From: a virus
Direction: 5' to 3' (one strand)
DNA length: 44,586 bases
Virus record (IMG/VR): IMGVR_UViG_3300045689_000016
Below the pieces are notes generated by a model that was not told where the DNA came from, did no database searches, and worked only from the letters and a program-made list of their open reading frames with translations. The translations under genes were made by a program, and so were the position numbers. The stretch's first letter is position 1. The number at the start of each line of letters is the position of its first letter. Below, piece after piece: positions 9,480 to 18,555 of this stretch.

Positions 9480-10658
9480 TTACCCTTCTGGAACTGTTGG
9501 AACTTCAAATTTCAAATCGTAAACATGAGCAGCATCGTTATTTGTTGGATAACCATTACCTAACATATCAATTGCATAAAGAGTCGCACGTTTCATTGCA
9601 AAAGTTTCTTTGTAAACATAAACCTTTTCAGGACGTGATTGCGTTGCTTCGTATTCGCCTTTAACAAATGAAATTAACTTGTTCTCTGGAACATCAATTG
9701 ACTCAACAATATTTTCAATTGGAATGAAAGGCATATTAGAGCCGTAGACGTTATTTAAGTTTGCGAAAGTAACAGCGGCAACAATATCATAATAATTAAC
9801 TGGGTTTACAATTAAGTGAACCATTCCAGAAACCTTACGATACTTCACTTCACCAGCATCATTTTTATCTACTTTATATGTGTATTTAGAAAGTTTTTTC
9901 ATTACACCAGCTAATTCAGAAACAATTTTATCTTTAGCGAAAGTTAAAGTTCCGGAAGACGTTTTGTTAGGTAATCCTGTTGATGGGTCTAATGCACCGT
10001 CTACATTTTTTAACAATCCGATTGGCTCATCATTACCAGTACCAGTGATAACTTTTTCCGCCCAAATATCACGAACAGCTTCACTTAATGAAATACTGAT
10101 AAAACGGTCAATCCAACGCGGACCTAAGTCTAAAGTGTCATTTGAAATCAAGAAGAACGCAGTTAATGCAAGTTGAACAAATTCAGTTGCTCCAAATTTA
10201 GAATCTAATTGGCCTTCTAAATCTTTATGTAATGGACCGAATACGGCAACACCTGTACGACGAGCACGAATGACTTTCACACGACCAACTGTTGGTGTGA
10301 AATTGATAATATTTAAAATCGGGTGATCTTGTTGTAAGTTTTCAAAAATACGTTCTAGCACAGTTTCTGGCCAAACGATATCCTCATCAAAACCGCCTTT
10401 TTTAACAGCTTCGTTATAGAATTTAGTTTCATCTGCAGTTAACGTTGGAATCCCACGAGCTGCTAAAACAGCATTGTCAGTAACGTTTTTAAGTTCTTCA
10501 TATTCTGCTCTAACTTGTTTTCCAGCGTCTTCTGCAATAGCTGTTACATATTCTTCTAAAGCTGAATTAATTTCTTCTGGTGTAGCATTTTCATTAGCCG
10601 ATGCTGCATTAAATAATGCTTTTGCATCTTTTGTTTTGTTTGTGATTTGTAATACCAT
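9480..10658 (-). CDS. Major capsid protein (HK97 fold family)
   Basis: 392-aa ORF after the ClpP-type prohead protease. The N-terminal delta-like region is followed by capsid-like sequence. Confidence 0.85.
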   Translation of the reverse strand: MVLQITNKTKDAKALFNAASANENATPEEINSALEEYVTAIAEDAGKQVRAEYEELKNVTDNAVLAARGIPTLTADETKFYNEAVKKGGFDEDIVWPETVLERIFENLQQDHPILNIINFTPTVGRVKVIRARRTGVAVFGPLHKDLEGQLDSKFGATEFVQLALTAFFLISNDTLDLGPRWIDRFISISLSEAVRDIWAEKVITGTGNDEPIGLLKNVDGALDPSTGLPNKTSSGTLTFAKDKIVSELAGVMKKLSKYTYKVDKNDAGEVKYRKVSGMVHLIVNPVNYYDIVAAVTFANLNNVYGSNMPFIPIENIVESIDVPENKLISFVKGEYEATQSRPEKVYVYKETFAMKRATLYAIDMLGNGYPTNNDAAHVYDLKFEVPTVPEG

Positions 10659-10661
10659 GTA

Positions 10662-11462
10662 TTATTCCCCTTTTCTTAATCGATTGATTAATGATTTAGT
10701 TTGTTTTGGTGAAACTAATTTAGTTCCATTAACACCTGTTTCAATCTCAATATTTATTGGATTATGGTCTTTTTGAGAGTCAAAAAAAGAAGCCATCGCT
10801 TTTTCTACTTGAGCATTTACAATGTCTTCAATACTTTTATTTTCATTTTTAGGTGGCTCAAGTGTTGCTTTGGCTTTATCAATTACATTTTTTGGTAACA
10901 TTCCAGAACCGTGATTTGCAATCAATCTAGGTTGTTCGACTGTGTCAAACATAACTTCGTCTGCAAAGCCTAATTCGACGGCTTGTTCTGCATTCAACCA
11001 TGTTTCCGTGTCCATTTTTGCTAGAATATCCTCACGGCTCAAACCGGTTTTTATTCTATAAGCATTTGCAATAGAATCATTCGCATTTTTTAACACTTCA
11101 CTGTTCTTATCCATTGCATGATAATCACCGAACGTCCCAGATGCTGCGTTATGAATCATCATTCTACCAACAGGACTGATTCTAACTACATCTCCAGCCA
11201 TCGCAATAACACTAGCTGCACTGTATGCAGATACAACGTTAATTGTTACTTTACCTTCATAAGATTTTAAAACTGTATAGATTTCTGCTCCTTGATCAAC
11301 GTAGCCGCCCCATGAATTTATTGTGATTTCAACGTCCTCACCATTCTTAGGTAAAGCTTCATTAACATCCCTAGCACAAGTTGCCTCTTCTTCAAAATAA
11401 TCATAAATCCATTTTTCATCACTAGAAATAATTGGACCATTGATTGAAATTTTAACTGTCAT
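10662..11462 (-). CDS. Prohead serine protease, ClpP family
   Basis: The motif INSWGGYVDQGAEIYTVL...SAASVIAMAGD is ClpP-like. I prefer the ATG at 11462, which is preceded by AAAGGAGGTGA, over the ORF-track start at 11495. Confidence 0.85.
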   Translation of the reverse strand: MTVKISINGPIISSDEKWIYDYFEEEATCARDVNEALPKNGEDVEITINSWGGYVDQGAEIYTVLKSYEGKVTINVVSAYSAASVIAMAGDVVRISPVGRMMIHNAASGTFGDYHAMDKNSEVLKNANDSIANAYRIKTGLSREDILAKMDTETWLNAEQAVELGFADEVMFDTVEQPRLIANHGSGMLPKNVIDKAKATLEPPKNENKSIEDIVNAQVEKAMASFFDSQKDHNPINIEIETGVNGTKLVSPKQTKSLINRLRKGE

Positions 11463-12621
11463 TAACGTTCTCACCTCCTTTCGTTGTTTCTTCATAGTTC
11501 TTGGTTAAGAGTAGTTTCTTACCTTCACCATTTGGCAACGGATCTAAATCATAAACATCACGCACTTCATCACGATATATAGTTGCACTAGAAACTACCT
11601 TATCAATTTGAACAGCATCTTCGATAATACTTCTAGGAAGTACATTGGTAACTTTAAGACGTTCGCCTCTTACGTATCCAGCTTTAGTAATAATTCCAGA
11701 TGTTAATTCATCCTTAACTTTTTTAGCTAATGGCTCTGTAAAAGTTTTTCTCATAGCTTTGATATTAGAATCAAGCTCTAATTTTTCACCATAAATAAGC
11801 GCCGTAGGAATACCTATGGCGTTGGACACATCATCAATTAAAGATGATTTCATTTTATTCAATTCATCTAATGATTGGTTAGAAACACCTTGTTTATTAG
11901 TGTATTCTTCATACTCGAAACCCTTCATTTTAGGAACTATAGCAACTGAATTTTTACTGAAGGATTGATAAATTTTATCAATAAAACCTTGTAACCTTTC
12001 AGTTCTTGTTTTACCATTTTTATCTCTTTCCTCATTTACACTACCAGTTGTGTCGATAGAAACTGTTCCACGAATTTGATTGTTTCTCATGGCAACTTCA
12101 AGGATACGTCCAAACAATTCAGAATAATCATTGAACAACCCTTTTGTAAATCTTTCTAAGTTCTCATTGTTATACTCAAAATAAAGTACTTCTGACCGTC
12201 TAAAAGAACGTTTAAAAACATAATCTTTTACAGATACATTTGTAAATACGTCTTCATAGACTGCTTTTTCTTCCCTAGAGAAATCATCAGCTAACAATAA
12301 TTGGTTATCATCAGTAAAGATAATTAAAGCTTCATTTTCATCTAATAACCTGTAAAAGAACTTATACCAAAAAGTAGCCGCTGATGTGTCATTATTAGGT
12401 CTAACATTTAAAATGTACTCCCATTCAGGACCATCTTTGAAATCCTTAAACTTAATTTCCATCGTTGACATCGTTCTTGCTGCAAAGTCTAAGACAGTTG
12501 CTTTAGCCATGATTTTAAGATAAGAACGTTTGGCCGTTTCGTCACCAACAACAAAATCGGGAATCCAATCAGTTGGATCTTCATTTTTTATAGATGTTTT
12601 AAAGACATCAAATAAACTCAC
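11452..12621 (-). CDS. Portal protein (HK97 family)
   Basis: 389-aa ORF upstream of the protease. GTG start with RBS AAAGGTGGTGA. Confidence 0.8.
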   Translation of the reverse strand: MSLFDVFKTSIKNEDPTDWIPDFVVGDETAKRSYLKIMAKATVLDFAARTMSTMEIKFKDFKDGPEWEYILNVRPNNDTSAATFWYKFFYRLLDENEALIIFTDDNQLLLADDFSREEKAVYEDVFTNVSVKDYVFKRSFRRSEVLYFEYNNENLERFTKGLFNDYSELFGRILEVAMRNNQIRGTVSIDTTGSVNEERDKNGKTRTERLQGFIDKIYQSFSKNSVAIVPKMKGFEYEEYTNKQGVSNQSLDELNKMKSSLIDDVSNAIGIPTALIYGEKLELDSNIKAMRKTFTEPLAKKVKDELTSGIITKAGYVRGERLKVTNVLPRSIIEDAVQIDKVVSSATIYRDEVRDVYDLDPLPNGEGKKLLLTKNYEETTKGGENVNDS

Positions 12622-12642
12622 ATATTTTCACCACCTTTCAAG

Positions 12643-12674
12643 GTAAAATAAAAAAACCTAATGTAGATTAGGTT
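12643..12674 (-). terminator. Intrinsic terminator after the moron at 12675..13454
   Basis: The minus-strand RNA forms AACCUAAU-CUAC-AUUAGGUU followed by UUUUUUUAUUUU. Confidence 0.7.
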
Positions 12675-13454
12675 TCAACTATTATGTATTTCTATTAATT
12701 CTCTCAACTCATTATTTGTTTTTGCGTTAATTATTTTATTCTTAATTTTATCATTAAGAGGTTTACAACCGTCCGATATAGCAGTATTCGTACTACCTCC
12801 GATAAATATATTGTTATGAGTTTCTTTCGGCGGATTTCTTCTAAGCGTTTCTGAGTCATCACTATAACTAATATATTTAATATCAGCATTCGATTCAAAA
12901 CAGACTCTTAATATATCTTTAACTTGTTCAAACGGGTAATTAGAACCTAGCCAGATGGATTGAGAACTATCTTCATTTTCAATATTAACATTTGACTTAT
13001 ATACTTCTGATGAAACTTGAATTTTATAAAGATTTTTACGTAACTGTTCAAAATTTTGAGTTTTATTATTTATTTTCACTTTATAAAATGTTTCTACTTC
13101 TACTATTTCAGGGTCTTTAACAATCATTGACGTCACTTGTTTATTTTGTTTTATTTCTATTACTTCGTTAGAATTTGTAAAATTATTGAATGTTGATAAA
13201 AAATTAACTTCATCTTTATAATCTGATGGACCATATAATTTTTTGTGATGTTTTACAACTAGGTAGGTAAAACATCCTAATGTTAAAACTGGAAAAGCAA
13301 CAATAAAAATAACAAGAATTAAATTCAAACTATAATCTAATTGCGATTGAGTTATTACAAAAGCTGCAATTCCCTCTGTTAACACTAAGAACATACCAAT
13401 TATTCCCAATGGGTTATTAAAAAAAGATTTTATTTCCCTTCCGAATTTGTTCAA
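12675..13454 (-). CDS. Membrane-anchored protein of unknown function. It is a moron inserted between terL and the portal gene.
   Basis: 259 aa, TTG start with RBS GGAGGAG. It has two N-terminal hydrophobic helices and a soluble C-terminal domain. It is visibly more AT-rich than its neighbours and has its own terminator. Confidence 0.75.
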   Translation of the reverse strand: MNKFGREIKSFFNNPLGIIGMFLVLTEGIAAFVITQSQLDYSLNLILVIFIVAFPVLTLGCFTYLVVKHHKKLYGPSDYKDEVNFLSTFNNFTNSNEVIEIKQNKQVTSMIVKDPEIVEVETFYKVKINNKTQNFEQLRKNLYKIQVSSEVYKSNVNIENEDSSQSIWLGSNYPFEQVKDILRVCFESNADIKYISYSDDSETLRRNPPKETHNNIFIGGSTNTAISDGCKPLNDKIKNKIINAKTNNELRELIEIHNS

Positions 13455-13522
13455 ATTGAATCTACTCCTCCATATTTTTAGTTCACATTTAATAATACAT
13501 TAGAAGTAAAGTTTAATCATCT

Positions 13523-15229
13523 CTAAAAATCAATCTCATCCAACATATCAAATGATTCATCAATATCAAATTGTTCTTCTAACTCTTTCGCACACCACAT
13601 GCCACACAAAAAACACTTAAAACCATCTGTTTTACGTCTAACTTCTTCTTTCTTGAGGTAATGTTTATTACCATCTGCATTCGTCTTTACAAGCACGTTA
13701 TTTGTGTACCAACGCATTAGTGGGTTGTCACCAAAGATAATATTATTATTAGCAAAAGCATCTTCAATACGAGGAGCCAACAAACTATCCGCTGCTCTTG
13801 GATTTTTAATAACTATTACTTCAAATCCTTCAGCTTTTAATAGTGGTCCTAAAATTTCCATTCTAAAATTATCGGCAACTATTTTAGTCACGCCATATTC
13901 TTCTCTGGCTTTGACAAAATATTCAACAATATATTTAGGGCTAATTGTTGGTTCATCAACAACAGTTAATAAACCTTTCTTCTCCCATTTTTTAATTGGT
14001 GCAAATCGTTCTTTTTTATGCTCTTCTGCTTTTCTTGAGTAACCGTAATAAATGTCCACAAATTGCTTTCTAACGAATGAATGAGTCTTAAAGACATAGT
14101 CATCATCAACTTTAAATAAAAGCCCACAAGCGGCAAAATCTCGTAAACTAGCATAGTCTAAACAGCCAATAGCTTGTCTACCTCTCACATCCGGAACCTT
14201 TCTTAAAGTAGTTAAATCTTCTTCATATGCAGTTCTTAACATTTCTTCACGAGTTGCTACTGATTTTTCTAAATCTGTAACTGGTAGGTTCATTCGTTTA
14301 GTCATAAACTCTTCTCTGTTTGATGGGTCGTCTTCTAAATCCTCGTACTCTTCCAACATTGTTTCATATAAACCTTCAGCATAATCTGACAAAGGTTTAT
14401 GCAGCATTGGGTTTGCTAGTTCCCAATTGTCTGGATCATCAACTTGTTCTTCTGAATCTAACAAACACATAAAAGGAAAAAGAGCGTTAGGGCGCGTGTC
14501 ACCTCTTAACACTCTTCTAGCTTTTTCTTTCATGTTATCCAGGAAGCCCTCACGAACATAACCATCAGTTCCAGTGTAAAATTCTCTCGGATTCTTCTTT
14601 TTACCTAAACCAGATATATGAACCTTTACATCTTTGTTATCTGGATAACGGTGTATTTCATCGAAACCAACAGCACCATCTCTTAAACCGTCTTTTGTGT
14701 CTCCGTTGGACGTTCTAAACTTGATACTACTATTAGTTTTCTTGCTGGTAATAACTGACTTACCATATTCAAACGCTTTTTGAAGAACCTTATTTCTTTT
14801 GATAGTATTATAGATTTCTTCAAAAGAAGTTTTAGCTTGTTCTTCGGAGTTAGCAATAATTGAAATGTTGTAATCATTAATTCCATGAAGTTCTGTCTGC
14901 AAGAAATTAAGAACAACAGATAGCAAACCGTTCTTACCACCACCACGACCAAAGAACCAAAGGAACTTACGATAAAAATTCCTGTCATTCTTTTTGAAAA
15001 ATAAAAATACAAATGCGATTAAAAACTTTTGAAACGGCTCCAAAGGGAAGAACCATTTTTCACCATAGTTGATACAATCCTCAATCATCTTGTCATCAAA
15101 ATAAATATCATCACGAGAAAGAACATCTCTCTCCAGGTACTCTATCAAATCAATTCGATCTTTGTTTAACTTAATCTCACCGTTTTTATATTGATTGATA
15201 TAAAAATCAACATGCTTTTGATGAATCAT
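13523..15229 (-). CDS. terL: Terminase large subunit
   Basis: 568 aa, with a Walker-A-like FGRGGGKNGL motif. It is positioned after the small subunit with a 4-nt overlap. Confidence 0.9.
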   Translation of the reverse strand: MIHQKHVDFYINQYKNGEIKLNKDRIDLIEYLERDVLSRDDIYFDDKMIEDCINYGEKWFFPLEPFQKFLIAFVFLFFKKNDRNFYRKFLWFFGRGGGKNGLLSVVLNFLQTELHGINDYNISIIANSEEQAKTSFEEIYNTIKRNKVLQKAFEYGKSVITSKKTNSSIKFRTSNGDTKDGLRDGAVGFDEIHRYPDNKDVKVHISGLGKKKNPREFYTGTDGYVREGFLDNMKEKARRVLRGDTRPNALFPFMCLLDSEEQVDDPDNWELANPMLHKPLSDYAEGLYETMLEEYEDLEDDPSNREEFMTKRMNLPVTDLEKSVATREEMLRTAYEEDLTTLRKVPDVRGRQAIGCLDYASLRDFAACGLLFKVDDDYVFKTHSFVRKQFVDIYYGYSRKAEEHKKERFAPIKKWEKKGLLTVVDEPTISPKYIVEYFVKAREEYGVTKIVADNFRMEILGPLLKAEGFEVIVIKNPRAADSLLAPRIEDAFANNNIIFGDNPLMRWYTNNVLVKTNADGNKHYLKKEEVRRKTDGFKCFLCGMWCAKELEEQFDIDESFDMLDEIDF

Positions 15230-15540
15230 GTTAAATCACTCTCGTTATAATCTTCTGGATCAGTTACAACTTTTTTACCTAGTTCATCAAGATTGAGGTC
15301 TTTACCTAGCGTGATAATTGCACGAGAAATTTGCACTTTTTGAGCTATTGCGGGATTAGGTTTCAAGAACTTTTGAGAACCATTTTCTACTTCAATCATC
15401 GGCCCATATTTTGTAATTGAACTATTCATTTTTCGATAAAGCTTAACTAAATCAAGGTATCGCTCAACTTTTTCAACTTCCATTTGGTCGTTAATATCAA
15501 TCTGTCTGAAAAGTTGTTTCTTCAAATCTGACATCCTCAA
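15226..15540 (-). CDS. terS: Terminase small subunit, P27 family
   Basis: 104 aa. Size, position and sequence pattern (KYGPMIEVENGSQKFLKPNPA) are typical of P27-type TerS. Confidence 0.75.
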   Translation of the reverse strand: MRMSDLKKQLFRQIDINDQMEVEKVERYLDLVKLYRKMNSSITKYGPMIEVENGSQKFLKPNPAIAQKVQISRAIITLGKDLNLDELGKKVVTDPEDYNESDLT

Positions 15541-15713
15541 AGTCCTACACCCCCCTATGCAAAATTTTTATCTCGTATATTTAGACGATTGACCCCATCC
15601 ACCGGTTCCCATCAGTCCCCAAATCCATGAAACTTTTTCGACCGGGGGCTTGATTTAATAATGTTTTAAAATAAAAGTGGCGAGCTATCCCAATTTAGAG
15701 ATTTCTCACCACT
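15541..15713. other. Putative cos / packaging recognition region
   Basis: 173-bp non-coding stretch immediately upstream of terS. It contains locally GC-rich runs (CCCCCC, CCGGGGGC) that are unusual in this AT-rich genome. HNH plus P27 TerS plus an HK97-like head points to cos-type packaging. Confidence 0.3.
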
Positions 15714-16247
15714 TTATGTATATGACCATCTATATCCCTTATGCGTCTTCGCTCCATGCTTTCCATTACAACAATTGATAACACTTGACTTGTCAAATCC
15801 GTTTCGACCTGCTTCGTTAGCTGATGGGAACACGATAGTTCTATCACCTATTAAACTAACACCTTTAACTTCTTTCATATTCTTTGTATTGTTACGACGA
15901 ACTCCGTTACATCTTGCTATCCTTGTACCATGATTACAGTTCTCTTTAGATGTTACCCATTCTAAGTTAGAAGGTAAGTTGTTTAATTTATTCTCATCGA
16001 TGTGATTTACTTCTGGTAGATTGTTTTCGTTTAATACAAATGCTTGACCTACTAATCTGTGTACCAGAAACGTTCTTGGTTTGCCCTGATTTCTCAAATG
16101 AACTTGATAGTAACCTGTCGTTCCTATGTTATTCTTTAAAATATTATTGGTTCTTTTATTTCTAACTTTACCTTTATTACTTATTTGATAAAGTTCTTCA
16201 TAATCTTTTATGTCCTTCCATATCTCACAACACATCGAATTCATCAT
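15714..16247 (-). CDS. Homing endonuclease, NUMOD4 plus HNH_3 type
   Basis: EIWKDI...YQISNKGKVRN is a NUMOD4 motif. VHRLVGQAF...EVNHIDENKLNN...LEWVTSKEN is an HNH_3 motif. The likely start is the ATG at 16247 rather than 16283. Confidence 0.85.
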   Translation of the reverse strand: MMNSMCCEIWKDIKDYEELYQISNKGKVRNKRTNNILKNNIGTTGYYQVHLRNQGKPRTFLVHRLVGQAFVLNENNLPEVNHIDENKLNNLPSNLEWVTSKENCNHGTRIARCNGVRRNNTKNMKEVKGVSLIGDRTIVFPSANEAGRNGFDKSSVINCCNGKHGAKTHKGYRWSYT

Positions 16248-16543
16248 CCCACTTTCTTTTCTTCTTGTTCTCTCTGAACTCAAAACGTTTATGTTTTTTA
16301 TTATGATGCATCTTACATCTTGTTCTTAAATTATCATTATCAAGTGCGAGCTCAGGGTAATCTTCCAACTCTTTAACGTGATCAATTTCTAGTATTGCAT
16401 CATATTGAGTTGTGACTATTCCTTCATCTTTTGCAATCTTGACACTCGAAGTTGTCCCGTTCTAATATTTCTTTTCGTTTAGCCTTCCACTCTGCTGAAC
16501 CATAAAATTTTGCTCTAGCTTGCTTAGTTGATACATCAATCAT
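16225..16543 (-). pseudogene. Packaging-associated HNH endonuclease gene interrupted by a 1-nt frame change in an A4 run
   Basis: Frame 1 reads MIDVSTKQARAKFYGSAEWKAKRKEILERDNFECQDCKR and stops at 16424..16426. The +1 frame continues KDEGIVTTQYDAILEIDHVKELEDYPELALDNDNLRTRCKMHHNKKH... to 16225. Joined, the two parts give a canonical HNH of about 105 aa (CxxC...H...N...CxxH). Confidence 0.75.
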
Positions 16544-16549
16544 TACCAA

Positions 16550-16855
16550 TCACTTTCCTTTCTGTAACTCCTCAAGATAAATAGTAACCAACGCTTGCTG
16601 TACCTTTAAGATACCTTCCACACCAGGATTACTTACATCTAACCCAAATCTTTCTTTTAAGAACACAGCATTGTGTGGTGCTTGAATTGTTTGTTGAGTG
16701 ACATAAAACATTAAAGCAGATGATTCAGCCATGGTTAAACCATACTTGGTAGTGAGTGATATGATCTCTTCGCCTAACTTATCCATGTCTTTTGATTCAT
16801 GATTCTTTTGTATCTCAGTTAGATGTGGATACTTCTTTTTGTTTAGTTTTTCCAT
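16550..16855 (-). CDS. Hypothetical protein upstream of the HNH gene
   Basis: 101-aa ORF in the same orientation, tightly packed against the HNH start. Confidence 0.65.
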   Translation of the reverse strand: MEKLNKKKYPHLTEIQKNHESKDMDKLGEEIISLTTKYGLTMAESSALMFYVTQQTIQAPHNAVFLKERFGLDVSNPGVEGILKVQQALVTIYLEELQKGK

Positions 16856-16891
16856 AATGATAATTCCTTTCTAATTTTAGGCATTATAAAA

Positions 16892-16921
16892 ACACCTAAC
16901 TAACCTTAGGTGTTTTTATTT
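16892..16921. terminator. Hairpin terminator; left copy of a 30-bp inverted repeat whose partner is at 18518..18547
   Basis: ACACCTAACTAACCTTAGGTGTTTTTATTT. The stem is CACCTAA/TTAGGTG, flanked by A and T runs. It is the exact reverse complement of 18518..18547. Confidence 0.75.
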
Positions 16922-17769
16922 TTTTCTTTTTGTTTTATTTCTTCCTTTATATCTTCTAAAATACTTTCCAAAAATAATAAGTATAATCTATTTTTTTCTT
17001 TTTTAGCTTCTGGCATAGTTACAAAATATATAACCATTAATAAAATTATCAACACTAATAAAATGTAAATTAACGTATTTTCAAATAGATTTGTATTTTC
17101 AACTGTACTACCGAAAACTTTAAGCATAACTGTATAAATTTTAGGAATTCCTTCACTAATCCATGTTAAACCTGCAAATGATAGAATTATTGAAACAATT
17201 ATACTAGTCACATTTTTCTTTTCAGGTTTTGTTTTTAAATATAAAATCCAATTTTTCACTTCATTTAACATTTCATCTAAGTTTTCGCCATTTATATTTA
17301 TTAAAATTCCTTTTCTGATTTCTTTTTTTATTTCTTCAACTTTATGTGGAATATTTGCATCTTTTTCAAAATTCCCCTTAATTTTTTTTACTATTTCTTC
17401 TAATTCTGTCGTGTTGCCATTTAATTCATATCTTATAAAAAGATTCTTATCATTCAAATTTTTTATTTTTTTCTTTATTCGTATATCTCGAATATATGAA
17501 ATCACAATAAACAATATTGTCAAAATGCTATACAAGATAAAAATTGTAATTAAAGCTGATAAGATATAAATTGCTAAATATGATACATCTCTTACGGTCA
17601 TTGCAGAAATAAAATTAAAAACAAAAATAAATGCTATGATTAAGAACGCAATAATCATATTTTTCCAATTAAACATTTTCCTTCCTAATTTAAAAATATT
17701 TTCACTATTTATACTGTTACTTTCATTAAACAGAGCAACCACTCTCCTTTTCTCCAATAAAACTATCAT
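16906..17769 (-). CDS. Multi-pass membrane protein of unknown function (moron)
   Basis: 287-aa ORF, very AT-rich. It has hydrophobic helices at both ends and a charged central region. The start codon is uncertain; the alternative is the ATG at 17676. Confidence 0.65.
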   Translation of the reverse strand: MIVLLEKRRVVALFNESNSINSENIFKLGRKMFNWKNMIIAFLIIAFIFVFNFISAMTVRDVSYLAIYILSALITIFILYSILTILFIVISYIRDIRIKKKIKNLNDKNLFIRYELNGNTTELEEIVKKIKGNFEKDANIPHKVEEIKKEIRKGILININGENLDEMLNEVKNWILYLKTKPEKKNVTSIIVSIILSFAGLTWISEGIPKIYTVMLKVFGSTVENTNLFENTLIYILLVLIILLMVIYFVTMPEAKKEKNRLYLLFLESILEDIKEEIKQKEKNKNT

Positions 17770-17919
17770 ACCTAATTAAAGAAGATAAAGGAAGACATTT
17801 TATTAAAAAAAGAATAACAATATGTTATCTAACGATAATTATACACACTATTCAACCTATTACTTTATTCATATAAAAAAGCCTAGCCCTAAAAGAGCCA
17901 GACGTTTATTTTTAGATTA

Positions 17920-18315
17920 TTAAAATTCAGATTGATTTCTTGTCCATCTTGTTTCTGGTTTACTTGGTAAAATTAGTGTTACAAAAATTATTATTGATCC
18001 AACTATTGGAATTAAATAAAATAATATCCACCAATTACTATGATTCCTATCATGCAGTCTTCTGGCACGAACTGTGAAGTTAGCTAGCCAAATAAGTAAA
18101 CTTAGAATCGTAAATACAATAGTTATCATATTCCATTCTTTTATGATATTTGTCCCATCAGACATAAAATCAATATACCTATACGATCTAGTAACAACTG
18201 AATATAAAACTAATACAAAATAATTCAACAATTGCGGCCACCAATATTGAGCTCGAGTAGCAGTCCCATCCATTAGTGTCATGTTATTCCAATATTCTTT
18301 ATAAGCGTTTTTCAT
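17920..18315 (-). CDS. DUF805-family membrane protein (moron)
   Basis: The motifs TRAQYWW...RRLHDRNHSNWWILFYLIPIVG match the DUF805 signature. Confidence 0.75.
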   Translation of the reverse strand: MKNAYKEYWNNMTLMDGTATRAQYWWPQLLNYFVLVLYSVVTRSYRYIDFMSDGTNIIKEWNMITIVFTILSLLIWLANFTVRARRLHDRNHSNWWILFYLIPIVGSIIIFVTLILPSKPETRWTRNQSEF

Positions 18316-18517
18316 GAAAACACCTCCTTAAATTCTAGTTTAAAACTTATAAGGAGGATGTCAAGAATATTAACTCAAAAAAACAATCAATTAAAAAACC
18401 TTTTTTGTATTTTAGTAATTATAAAAGTAAAAAATAACAATAAAAGACATCTTAAACTTCTGTTACGTTTTAATTAAATAGGTTTTCATGTTCTAAAATT
18501 TATTAGTCATTATATTT

Positions 18518-18547
18518 AAATAAAAACACCTAAGGTTAGTTAGGTGT
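18518..18547 (-). terminator. Hairpin terminator; right copy of the 30-bp inverted repeat
   Basis: AAATAAAAACACCTAAGGTTAGTTAGGTGT. On the minus strand the stem is followed by UUUUUAUUU. It lies directly after the stop of 18556..19086. Confidence 0.75.
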
Positions 18548-18555
18548 TAGGTTAA

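Noticed and set aside
9470-9499. Possible +1 or -1 recoding at the shared 3' ends of the capsid and tail genes, giving extended proteins as in Listeria phage PSA
   Set aside because: I translated the alternative frames by hand. After the capsid gene, the +1 frame stops after 3 codons and the -1 frame after 2. After the tail gene, the +1 frame stops after 9 codons and the -1 frame after 17, inside the terminator. No meaningful extension is possible.
13704-15012. Nested ORFs inside terL (13704..14042 +, 13966..14154 -, 14683..15012 -)
   Set aside because: They are out-of-frame or antisense within a gene that has clear terminase motifs, and they have no RBS.
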